Below, in pieces: positions 1 through 12,900 of a DNA stretch of 64,000 nucleotides; position 1 is the stretch's first letter, and each line of letters begins with the position of its first letter. Below the pieces are notes generated by a model. It did not search any database, was not told where the DNA came from, and saw only the letters and a list, made by a program, of their open reading frames with translations. This DNA is from Phoronis australis (lineage: Eukaryota > Animalia > Phoronida): contig NMRA01000204.1 in NCBI GenBank assembly GCA_002633005.1, forward strand, positions 337,645-401,644, given 5' to 3'. The translations under genes and the position numbers were made by a program.

Positions 1-797
1 ATAATTTGAGTTTTTTTCTTAAGACCACCAGCCATGAATTTTTATTTCTGCTGCCGTCCCCCCCTCCCACACGGATTTTACTGGAACAGCCCTCAATTTT
101 TCATATTCTACTACCATTAAAAACATAATATGGAAAATTTGGTATGAAATGATATTAGAAAAGTACAACTTTTCAAACTGGAAGTTCCAAAAACATTAGC
201 TGACCTGAGTAGGCTGTGTTCTCTAACTTTTTTGTGTTGATAGCTTTGATCAATGGTCAAGTTGCCAAACACTTTTCAGTCTGCCCAAGCCCACATACAA
301 AATTTGCCTTTTATACTAGAGCAATGATGGTGCAAATAGGTAAAAATGATCATGCAAAAGATATTCAGTTGATCAGATGCACAGTGTTTGCATTGTGCAG
401 CTTGCTTACAGAGTCTCTATGTCTGCCTTAAAAAATTGATATTTGTATTCATTTTGGTTTAATAGAAATCCGCTTGAATTTCCAGCACCTTTCAGCATAA
501 GTAAAATAAACAACCCAGAGTGACCAAGAAGGTAACATTCCCCTTTAGATGATACTAATGTTCATTCGGAGTTTGTATATTTTCAAAGAAGTACAAAATA
601 TAAGATGGTCGTTTCCACACTGCATAATTATTAATGTAACCACTGTCCGTACCATATTTTTCACCCTAGCTCATCAGCTCAAACAAATCAATTGTCCACG
701 ATCTCTCAACTTGTGTGTTGCCATCCTAACATCACATCCATCTTGTTCATTCACCATTCAGACCAACTACCACATGTTACCTAGTATTCTATTGCAG

Positions 798-971
798 CAC
801 TCCATCCCAGCTATGGAGCTGAGGCAGCCGTTCTTCCCCACTCACATGGGTCTGACCAAACTGAGGCTGTTCCATCGGACGCTACTCAAGCGCTACACCT
901 ACGGCCCCATGAGTGAGCCTGGCCCCAAGTCTGTACTGCCCCTGTTGAAGACCATCAGGAGAAAAGCCAAG
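798..971 (+). CDS. TAF1: TAF1 exon (HSIPAMEL...IRRKAK)
   Basis: ttgcag| acceptor, AAG|gtaagg donor, 174 nt, phase 0-0. Confidence 0.93.
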
Positions 972-3900
972 GTAAGGTTGCAGTTCAGTTCGACGTTTTT
1001 GCGTTTTCTTATTACAAGTAGGTACAGTTGACCTAAGGCGTGTTTGCATATTCATATTCTTTCCTGTGTCCCTTGGGTTTATGGATTACAATAACAAGGT
1101 GGAAACAAAATATCCATGTCGGCATACTGTTTCCTACATTCACATTTCTTTCTATCCACAGATGCGAGAGCTGGAACGACAAGCTGCAGGCGGAGGTGAG
1201 ATTTTCTTCATGCGAGCCCCCCAGGACTTGACAGGCATGGATGGGGAGCTGATACTGGCCGAGTACTCCGAGGAGTGGCCCCCCGTGCTGTCGCAGGTCG
1301 GCATGGCAACCAAGATCAAGAACTACTACAAAAGGGTAGGTGATGGCTGTGAGTCGGAGTCTTTTCTTTCTATTTTGTATGATGCAGCGCAATCATTAAG
1401 GGTGTGTGGGACATTAGAAGATTTTCTGACTTTAGTTATCTTTGGAACGTCATATCTCAGAAACGGCCGATCAGATTTCTATGAAACTTTCAAATACCAC
1501 TCTTTATCCAGTGTTCCCCAAAACGTTATCAGGGATTGTTTAAGTGTTCCACTTTTGCCTGAGGGCTCTCATAAAACGGGACTTTTTCGCGAAATAATTA
1601 AGCTGCACAAAACGAAAATGAAATTATATTTTGAAAAACTGTAACACAGGTTTTTGAAATCTCACCTTCAATAAGATGTTATCGATACTGTTGTTTTGCT
1701 ATCAGCCTTTCTTTTTTGCTAAATAGACATGGTTCAATAGTTCAGTTAATCACAGATTGGTACTAAGAAGTCAAATATCAAGTTCTGAAGGTTTTCAAAA
1801 TTCAATTACTACTGGTTAAATACGCAGACATGTCAATAATTTTCTACAAAATCATATTGAGTTAAGAAACATGTATGTTTTCTAGACCACCTGGAACTTG
1901 TTCGTATGGAGATCATGTACTGCAAGCATGGCATTTTTGTGATAGCCAGTAGTTACATCAGTATAGATATATTGTTGTTTTTATTACTTTTCAGAAACCA
2001 GGGACAGACAACAACCCCCCAAAGTTCAAGTACGGTGAGCTGGCATACGCTCACACCTCACCGTTCCTTGGCAACCTGTCTCCAGGTGAGAGTGTCCAGG
2101 CAGTAGAGAACAACATGTTCCGTGCACCTATCTATGAACAGATGTTGGCGGATACTGACTTCTTGATCATCAGGAACAGGCAACAGTAAGTGGCAATAGG
2201 ATATTTTATACACTCTTTCACTGTCTCTTCATAAATGCTACATATCCTGACATCTACCTGATAAGCCAGGTAAACCCGGCTCCATACTGTTACAGGTGGT
2301 CTGCGCAGTCATAAATCTCACTGCGTGAAACTAGAATATCTAGGCACCAGGCAACTAGTTTAAAGTTCAAGGATATATTCTGGGCAATGAGAAGTCGTTA
2401 TTATGCGTCAACAGTGTTAATTAACATTAAAGGTGTGGCAATAGTTATTTATGCTGGAAACCAATCTGTAGTTTATATTGAGATGTGACAAATCAAGCAG
2501 GATGTTTGGACATATTAGTTATAAAGTGTTAAGAAAATCACGCACATAAAACCGTTTTTCAAGGTAGGTGTAGCAGTGTGGCTGGATTAGAAGACAGAAT
2601 TTGTGTAAGCCAATGCAGAGCTGGTCTTTTGACTTCAATGTCAAATCCTGAAGTAAAATGTGGTATGAGCATCAAAATGGTTTCTTTTGGAGATTGTTCA
2701 TGTAGGAGGCAACACTACTTGACACTTTGAGTTGTCCTTATCTCTTGTTCTCTTTCATCTAAAACTTTGTTGACGCTTCACTGCTCAACTGCTGTTGTCT
2801 ATTTTTGTTCTCAGCTACTGCATTCGGGAAGTGGATGCTATCTACACAGTGGGACAGCAGTGCCCTCTGATGGAGGTACCAGGACCTAACTCCAAGAAGG
2901 CCAATAACTTTGTTCGAGACTTCCTTCAAGTATGTCTGTTCTGCTTCAATTTCCTTGACAAAAATTTGTCAGGGCCGCTTTGATACAGCATATAGTGTAA
3001 TCTTCACGTGTGCAAGACAATTGACAACCTGCCTAGTGTTCAAAAATTGGTCTTAGGTTTTGAATCTGCTTTTATTTCTAAAATTCAGTGTTACAGTACA
3101 AGTCGTGGAAAGACATCAATACAAGATGCATGAGTCTAAGACTTCAAAATGATTTTATGTGTTCTTTTGAGTACTTTATTATACAATGCAAAAGTGGTCA
3201 TTTGTGATGCGATAACATATCCCCGAATTAGATTCTGTTACTATTACCTTAAAACTGGGTAGCACAACAAAGCCCAGTAAACAAACTGAAACATACAATC
3301 GCATGAAGTAACATAATTGCAGTAGGATCAATGTATTACTTTATCTCTGCTTTTTCTTGCGAAGGTGTTCATTTATCGCCTGTTTTGGAGAAGTAAAGAT
3401 GAGCCTCGAAGGATCAAAATGGACGACATCAAGAAGGCCTTCCCGTCACACTCGGAGAGCAGTATCAGGAAAAGACTGAAGCTGTGTGCTGACTTCAAAA
3501 GAACAGGTGATGTCACATGAAATGCATTCGTGTAAACGCTGTCGATCGGTTGTTTTACCTCCATTATTGTTGTTTCACTCATAACTTACACATACTCTTT
3601 GCACACTGTCTCATCTTTTTTGTGTCTCCCAAAGACACTGAATCAGTTGTTCTATTTTCAAAAAGTCGGTGACGTAACATCACCACTTTTGAGTAAAAAA
3701 ATTAACGATTCAAACAATTATTCTTCAGGTTATTTATTATATTTTTTTTCTAATAAGTGCCATCTTTATAGTTTACAATCGCTAGACTCAAAAACAGTTG
3801 TATTGGCAGACACGAGATCTGTTTCATGAAAGTGTCTTAAGACTCGATAGAGAGATTTGGTCTTACATTCCAAACAACTATTTCTGAAAAAGCAATTAAA

Positions 3901-6900
3901 CCCACTTTAGTAGAAAAGCAAAGTCTCTGAGAATATTGAAAGAATTACCAGTTGCTGAGATAACTAATAAGTTATTTCTAGGCTGTGATGCGCTCATTAT
4001 TACTTTGCTAAACCCTGATTCATCAATTCTGAAGTGGAAGTGTTAGACTGAATTTCTGTCTTAAGTCTTAAAGTCACTTTTCTCGAAACAGAGCCCTAGT
4101 CTATGCGGAGGCAGTGTGGCCTAGTGGGAGAGTTTTCCGCTTCCTTTACACGAGGTCATGGGTTCCCACGGGGTACACTACTAGACCCTTGAGTCAGGTC
4201 TATAGCTCCTCAGCGCAGTTTTATTTTTGTATTAATAAAGCATAAAATTGGTTCTAGGTGATCAGTGCAATGGGCCCACTAGAGTGGCCTGCGCACGTCT
4301 GGTACAATGTGTATCAGACTGCTTGCAATTATTTTTTTATTGTGTCGTGTTAGGTATGGACTCTAACTGGTGGGTGGTCAAGCCTGACTTTAGACTGCCT
4401 GCGGAGGAGGAGATACGAGCCATGGTGACCCCTGAACAGTGCTGCGGCTTTTACAGTTTGGTGGCAGCGGAACAGCGACTGAAGGTAGGACTGGCGTCTT
4501 TAAAATCATGGTTTGTACAGACCTAAAAAGTTGTGGAATTTGGGGTCTGCCAGGAACTTTCTTGTAATTTTGTATTAACTTGAAAATTTTACCAGTATAG
4601 TTACAAACATTTAGATATTTAGTCCTCGGTATCCATCTTCAATTTTTTAATTAAAGAGTGAAGATTTATAGACAAAAATGACATCTTCCCAAATCTTAGG
4701 TTTGGAATTAACCGCAAGAGGTTTTCTTTAAAAATTCAGGTTAATTGGATAGTTTGTCATGCTTTGTTCGTTTCCAGGCCATTGTGATCTGATTTGATTG
4801 TAGCACTTGCTAAAACACATCCATCATTTTTAGTGAGGGGACACTTGTCTCGGGCAATTTTTATTGATCATAATTTTATCATACAAGATTATTATATGAA
4901 TTATATGCAATTTCTATGCATTTATGTGATAACACAGAATTCATGTTAATGGTTGGTATAATTTTTTATGTAAGGTTTATTGTGAGTCACGTTAATTTAT
5001 ATGATTTTTTATCACTGAGCAATGATTAATGACCAAAAGAAGTTTTTTATGAAAGATGCTGTGAAGGATGATCATTTATGATCGTCCTCATACGAATGAC
5101 TAAAATGAGGGCGTAATCTCCATGCTCATCACTTGACCCATGTGTGTCTCTCTGCACCTGTAGGATGCTGGCTATGGTGAAAAGTCTCTGTTTGCTCCCG
5201 AGGAGGAGGATGACGACATGCAGATAAAGATTGAAGATGAGGTAGGTGGCGCTACGTGTCATGTGATGACAGGTGCTGTGACAGTTGATGCTAATCATGG
5301 CTGTTAAACACATTCCTTTTAAAAAATTATTCGCCAGTTTATTGCGAAAATAAAGTTCTAAAATTATGCACGGAAAATCCTACAAGAGTAATGGAACAGT
5401 AATTTTGAATTTTTAGAATGAACAATTTTTAAAAAATTCATCGTAAAATTGAGTAAAGGAAAAGAAAATGTTTTGATATTTTGACCTGTAGCCTTAATGA
5501 AAAATGTGAATACGTTTAAAAATTCTGTGTTATTGTATTTTAGTTTTTATCAAAGTACAAAATGATCATTTGCTTCTCCTCAGGTGATCACTGCACCTTG
5601 GCGGACGACACGCGCATATATCTCTGCGATGAAAAACAAGTGTCTGCTTGCCTTGACGGGTGTGGCCGACCCTACAGGCTGCGGAGAGGGCTTCTCCTAT
5701 GTGCGTGTGCCTAACAAGCCCCAGTCAAAAGAAGAAAATCAAACTCCTCAGAAGAAGACAGTGACGGGAACGGACGCTGACCTGAGGAGGCTGGCCTTGA
5801 AGGATGCCAGGCAGTTACTGAAGAAGTTTGGTGTACCTGAGGCTGAAGTAAGGGGATGGAGGGCTGAAGCCCGTCTCATTTTAATTCTTCATTCCACAAT
5901 TAAGTCAGTTTTGATTAAAGAGCTATGAGTTGAATTAGTTCAGAGAACACTGACATCTCAGAACCTACTTTGAAGCTTGCTGGAGCCACTTGATATTGTA
6001 GTCATTGCTATTTAAACACTAAGTAATTCCTATTATTGACTGTCTCTGTATTTGAAAAATATGGTTCCTAGTGTCAAATAAATTATTAGTCACTAAGTAA
6101 AAGGGAGTGCATGTTCTGCAGCATAATTTTTTTCATATATTGTACTGAGGGTCTAGGGACAATGAAGTTAATAGTCTTCATCAAAACATGTATATAACAA
6201 AGACCTTGTTCTCAGTAATGTAAGTGAAAAGTATCATCTCTGATTAGTGGGACTGGCGAAAAGGGATTGGTGCACAGTTATGTTATCTCTTTGTAAGTGA
6301 GCGAACAAACATTTAGAGGCAAATTTGGATTTATATTATTTTGAAAATGGATGTTATTTTAGTTTTTTGAACTTTCAGATAAAGAAGCTGTCACGTTGGG
6401 AAGTGATTGATGTTGTGAGAACCATGTCCACTGAGCAAGCAAAGGCAGGCCAGGAAGGTGACTACACTTACGTTTCTTATCACAGTTTTTTCGAAGAGAT
6501 TCCTGTAATTATCCAGTTGGTTTTGCTTTTGTGGATGCAGTTGACATAGTATTCTGTTCTACAGGGTGTCACAAAATGCACTCACGGAGTTAAAATTTGG
6601 GTTCTGCGACTAGTCCACTGTGTGGAGATGGCCTTGTTGTGAAAACAGGCACGGGAGCCATCACAAGAATAAATAACAAACGAGTTGGTTTTAGAGAATG
6701 AAAACTTACCTCTCAAGAGATACTTAAAACTCCAAAGTGTTGAGGAACTGCTAAGACAATTAATCTTCTTCCCAAGTTAGTAGACATTGTGCTTATGTTG
6801 TTTTAAGACTTAAATCCTTTTTTGATCACCTCTTATGATGTAAACCAATAATGTTTTTCCTTGGGCAATAAACAAGTAAGTAGTTATCGTCATTTGATGT

Positions 6901-9900
6901 GTGGGAACATATTTGGGACACCCTGTATTTTTATTTTTGTGTACAGGTCATCCGTGAATACCTATCCTGTATTGTTTCTAGTTTCCTGAAGCATACTGTT
7001 TTCCATGTGTGATTTGCTCGTGACTTTTATTTGCAGACTGGTATTCGTACGAAGATGTTTCTGGTATCATTTGTTACACGAGTTTTGTTGCTCTGTTTTA
7101 TTTTTTACAAAGTTGCTTGATGTAAAAGCAGAAAATAACTTCTGTCGGTTATGTCTGAAGTATGAAATGGACCCTGCTTTGAACATGTTAATTTTGTCGC
7201 ACTGTGTACGATTCAAAAGTTAAAAACTAACATTGAGAATTTGCTGACAGTCTGACACTGGTTTATGCATTTGTTCGTTTGTGTTGATATATTCTCACCT
7301 GTTTCTAAAGCTCTCTAGTCTCCGTCAGAAACTGTAATAATTGTGTTGGTGTTTTATGTTGCAGTTGGTATGACAAAGTTTGCCCGTGGTAATCGTTTTT
7401 CCATCGCTGAGCAGATGGAGAGGTACAGAGAGGAATGCCAGAGAATATTCGATTTACAGAACAGGTATGTAGTGTGTGTAGTGGCCTGAAGAGGTCACCA
7501 ACAGCATGGTTTTGTTGACTATTCATTCCCAGAATTCTCTGAATACTAAGCAACATGTGAACTTGCGTGGTAGAGACAATGGCTGCGAAGAAAGTTATTG
7601 TTTTTAATACCAAAAGACGGATGGTAGCCACTTTAGCATAGTTCTTGTAAAATACCTTTGTTCTACTTTTTCACTCGTCGGTTGGTGTCTATTTTCATAG
7701 AAATAATTATCATATGTCTATGATTGTGGACTGTCTATTAGTTGGTTGTTCTCTACTGCTTCCTGTCTAAGAAAGACTGCAGAACTCATTGTTACTAGAC
7801 AAATACGGCTTGGGCGTTATGGAAATAATGACATTGTTTTACCTAATGTGTCTTATCTGGATCAATTATTCTCTAACAGGGTGCTAAGCTCCACAGAAGT
7901 CTTGTCTACAGATGAGGGGGAAAGTGACTCCGAGTCGGACGGTAATGACTCGGACTTTGAGGAGATGGGCAAGAATATTGAGAGTATGTTGGCCAATAAG
8001 AAGACAAGTCACCAGGTGAGGCTAGACACTGAGGAAATCTAGTTTGAATTCAAGTTGAAATTATGGAAAAAATTAGTGACTCATTTGAGGTAGAGAAATA
8101 TTTCATGGATTAGACTCATTCCTTAGCTGGGCTTCTAAATCTAATACATGCATGTCAACCCATTTTTTCTCTGGCGTTAGCAATTCTTTGAGGCAACATG
8201 TAGTGCTGACCTACTATACTCAGTGACAGTGGTGCATGAGCAATGCATGGATTCTCAATGGCAAAAAGGCATTATAGTGATTCTGGGAAATGCACAACAT
8301 TTTAGCACTATAACGTGGGACTACAGAAAGGACAAAAAAGAAAATTTAAAAACAATAGTGGTTAACATGTTTGCTTATGGCCTGTCATGTAAACACTATG
8401 GCCAGAGATTAATTTTTATTATCAGGCCCAAATTCTTGGTGGGCTGACAATCTGGACCCCATGTCCACAATAGCCTGATATCAAACACCAAAACTGGACT
8501 TACTGTGACCCACAGTTAATTGGTCAAAGTATGTTATGAGTCTGGCAACTGGATTGTTTGTGCACCTTGACCAATAAGAAAACAGACATGTTCTTGAAAG
8601 TTGAGCACTAGGCTTTTTGGATTGTGGATTTGTAACTGGAATTGTTTTTATGTCATGGTGTCATCTTAGTGTGTAAATCAAGGCTGTGACCATTGCTGTA
8701 TAATCTAGTTAAATCACAGTTAAACAACAGAATTTTTGCTGTACCTTGATAAATTTGTAACATTTTCATGTCCAACCAAAGACAACACTTAGAGGAATGT
8801 TGCAAAATTTATTTGTTCTTTGAAAATTAATGTGCTTTCTTAGAGTGAATTCAGTCTATGTATTGTCATGTGTTTTAGCTGAGCCATGAGAAAGAGGAGG
8901 CAGAACGTAAAGAACTGCAGAAGATGATGATGGGTGAAGAAGGGAAGAAGGGACGGAAGGAGAAGAAGAAAAAGAAGAAACATAAGATACACGGTCTAGA
9001 CGCTGATGGAGAGGGTCATGTAAGTATACATATCAGGGTGTGGGTAGAGAGATGGGTGATGGAGAGGGTCATGTGATTATACACGTCAGGCTGTGGGTAG
9101 AGGGGTGGGTGATGGGAAGAAAAGGTGGATGAAAAGGAAATAAGAGGCTGACTAGTACGGATGCTTATGTCAAAGGTCACATGAGTATTACATTTGCTGG
9201 ACCAGGGTTTGATGAATAAGTTAAAATTCATATTAAACAGAATTTTTAGTATGTCATACATAGAAACGAATCATGATCTTGGATTTGGTTTATGAAAATT
9301 TCCCAAAGTAGCTTTAGCTTGGATTCTCTTATAATTCTTGCATACAAATTTAATCGCTGTCCGCAGAAAAGTCATTCCCAATCGAAAAACCAATGACTTA
9401 AGTGTGTTTCGGAAAATTCAAAACTATATGAAAACTCGTAAATCTTGCTAGTTGTAATTCAAAACATTTCCAACACCTTATTATTACGCACTGTGTTGTA
9501 AATTATGGGATGGATGATGGGATGGGAATTTGGAAGACAAAGGAGGAAGAGTCCGGAAGAACAAAAATGGTATTAGGGATAAAAATTAGGCATAGAAAAT
9601 GAAGAAGAAGAAAAAGAAGCACATTCTGTAATGTTTGAACTCTAATGGAGAGGATCAGCTGAGTTGGGCTCTCATGTACAAAATGAAGCATATTTTGTGA
9701 TGAAACATGTCTTGTTAGTGTCTGGATAGAACCAACAAGTACGTGATTATACTTTTGAGTAAACAATTACAACGTCTTGCTCTGTTTGTAGGGAGGTCGC
9801 TACCTGAAGATAACGCGAACATTCAGGAACGAAGAGGGCAAGTTGTTTACGAGAACAGAAAAAGTGAGGAAATCGCTCATTATTGATACTTATGTCCGAA

Positions 9901-12900
9901 TACGACAGACTAAGGATGATGCCTTCATGTGAGTGCTTTCTGGTTATGTTTTGTTATCACTGATATTTGTGGTACTGTAACTGGTGATGTTGAAGAATGA
10001 GATATTTTTATAAACTGAATCTTTGCATATTCAAGAAATCTGAGTGTGTCCTAACGTCCATTATGTTTTTGAGAGAGGAACATGATGAAGCGGGTAGACT
10101 TAGATAGATTAGAGAGAAATTTTCAAACTTTTTGGTCATCAATATTCAATTTGGTACAGCACGACTCATACAAAAGACGTTTTGTGATTTTCTGTGCACT
10201 CCAACTCAATCCATGTTTTTAATGTTTTGCAATTCTTTGTAATCTAAAATTTCCTTAATTTTTCATTTTGTACATGAATGTAATCTTAATTCCCAATCAT
10301 TTAAAGCTGAGCAAATGTCTATTTATCATTTTGTCATTTTGCAGTCGCATACAGCATAATGAAGTTCTAATTTATGGAATGGGTCATTGATTTTTAGAGC
10401 TGCTTTTTCAATTTCAGCAAAAATCATTTCTCCACACTTGATGATCAGCAGAAGGAAGAGATGAAACGAGAGAGGCGAAGGTAAGATATTGTTCTTATCA
10501 GAAGGTAATGCTTTGTTTAATTCAGAAGGTAAGGTATTGTTCAAGTCAGAGGGCAAGGTATTGTCCTAGTCAGAAGGGAATGTTTTGTTCAAGTCAGAAG
10601 GTAAGGCATTGTTCAAGTCAGAAGGTATGGTATTGTTAAAATCAGAAGGTATAAGTTATAGTCCAAGTCAGAAAGGAATTTAACACCATTCATTTCTCTC
10701 AAACATACTTGACATTTTGATGATGTTTAACTTGTTCCAGCCCTGACATAATGTTTTTGATTTACAGGCAGGCTGTAAATTATTTTTTGTACTGCCTGGT
10801 AGATGAGATAGCCAGTTTAAAAAATTGACTTTTCTAGCTGTCGCTTTCATAATCAGGTCATTAGCCCAGATTTAGCTAAGATGATTGTAAGCTCAATGTT
10901 AATTTGCATGCAGTTCATTACATGACTTGTGAATGCAGTCGTTAAGTTTGAGTATGAAAAATTGTCAACTTTATTTCAATTTCGGTCCTCTAAATAGGAA
11001 GTATTGCATTGGCAGTACCATGCCACGACCGTCTTAGCTACAGCTGGTATTACATCCTCTGATGAAATGGGACCCTGACCATTTGGTGTCACTGATGGAA
11101 CTGGTCCACACTGGGATCTGTCAATCTTCCCTCACAAGGGTTCATCACTGATCATTTTGTGTTGGTACAGATCAGCTGTTTCATTCTGCTTGTCCCCTCA
11201 CTATCATCCCATCACAGTTACAGCATTGTATTTTGGATGTATGAAACAATTCAGTTACTTTTTGTTAGTTTTATGTGTTAGGTGCATAAAGGAGAAGGTT
11301 AACTTTGTTTTTTATACAAGACTGTCAATGTTTCTTGTGTTAACTTTGATGATGATAGCATTCATTTTGTAGAATTCAAGAACAGTTGCGACGCATTAAG
11401 CGTAATCAGCTGAAAGAGAAGATGGCAGCCAACTCCCCAGTCAGTTCAAAGAAGAAAAAGAAACTAAACGAGAAACAGCTCAAGGTACTCACTTTGTTTT
11501 CTGTTGTGGATTTGATTCATCTTGAAACTATTTAGTATTTTAATACTTCTCCAAAATCCAAAGACAAGAACATGGTGCAAGGATCTCGTGATGATGAAAA
11601 TAAAAAAAGTTAGTTCTGTGAATCTTAATAGCGGGTGTAGTACAGAACAATTTATATAACGACTATTTGTTTTTTTGTTATTTTGGGCTCAGAAACACAT
11701 TATTTCATTATTAGTTTTTATAATCTCTTTCAATATGGTGAATCCACATGAAAATTGATTTTTTTCAATGAACCTGAAGCAGTCTTTTCTCAAAATCCTT
11801 ACCCAGATAAAAATGCTGTTGTGACATTCCATCAGGAGCATCAGTAGCATATCTCCCACTGTAAACAATACGCCCCGCCGCGAACAATGTGCCCCGCCGT
11901 GAACAGTATGCCCCGCTGCAAACAATATGCCCCGCCACTAACAATGTGTCCTGCTGTGAACAAAGTGCCCTGCCGTGAACAATATGCCCGACCGTGAGCA
12001 ATGTCCCTCACCGTGAGCAACTTCCCCCATTGTTGGCAATGTCCCCTGTAAACAATGTCACTCACTGTAAATAGTATCCCCCTCTATTCACTGTAAACAG
12101 AAAGCAGTTTTTCCTCAAAAGTCACATTTCAAGTGAAGCATCACTTAGATATCCCTGCGTCATTCACAGATGCGGTGTGGTGCGTGCGGCGCCATCGGTC
12201 ACATGCGCACTAACAAGGAGTGTCCCATGTATAACAAGACGATGGAGGAGTCAAAGCCGTCAGTGCCTGTAGCCATGACAGAGGAGCAGGAGGAGGAGGC
12301 AGAGAAAAGTCTGGAAGTGGATCATGATTTGATCAACGTGGACGGCACCAAGCTGATTATCTCAAAGAATCTCGTCGAACAGTGAGTTACACAGAAATAT
12401 ATCGAGGGATAGATTTATAGTGTCCCCTGTGTCGGGCTTACTTTTAACTCGGGTCCTGTTGAATATCTGGAAATTGTGGTTACAATCTAAATTCAGGTCA
12501 TAGCTTTCAAAAATTAGAATCAGTTGTTTTTGATCTAGATTCGGGTTGTATAGTTATTGGCTAATAGTCTGCTTAAATAGACAAAACTGTAACAAATGTA
12601 ATCTTGATGATCAATGCAGAATTAACAATTACAATTAGTATAGAGATAATGTAGAAAAGACACAAATCTCAAAAAGTGCTCAGAGCTTCAGCAACTACTT
12701 GACTGTTCAATTGTCTGATTTATTTTTGATTTCATTGTTTTCTGAAGCATGATTCACACTCAAACGTTAGGCTTGACAAATTCTCAATTTCCTTTATTTC
12801 TCATTCAGTGCTGAGAAGGTGAAGAAGAAGTCGCTGGTGCTACACATTCCCAAACAGGCCGTCCATGAACCTAAAGCCAAGAGACGGCGGCTGGGTAACA

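Noticed and set aside
4106-4180. tRNA gene
   Set aside because: Only an A-box-like start; no intact cloverleaf or T-arm, so better explained as a SINE head.
6947-7040. Possible microexons after tacag| (7 nt) and tgcag| (4 nt)
   Set aside because: Neither preserves the frame alone or together, and the donors are weak.
10477-10674. Regularly spaced repeats resembling a CRISPR array (also 23501-23704, 40391-40472, 61840-62505)
   Set aside because: Units are contiguous with no unique spacers, there are no cas genes, and the context is eukaryotic introns.
11689-12065. Three overlapping minus-strand ORFs with repetitive peptides
   Set aside because: Translations of a minisatellite.
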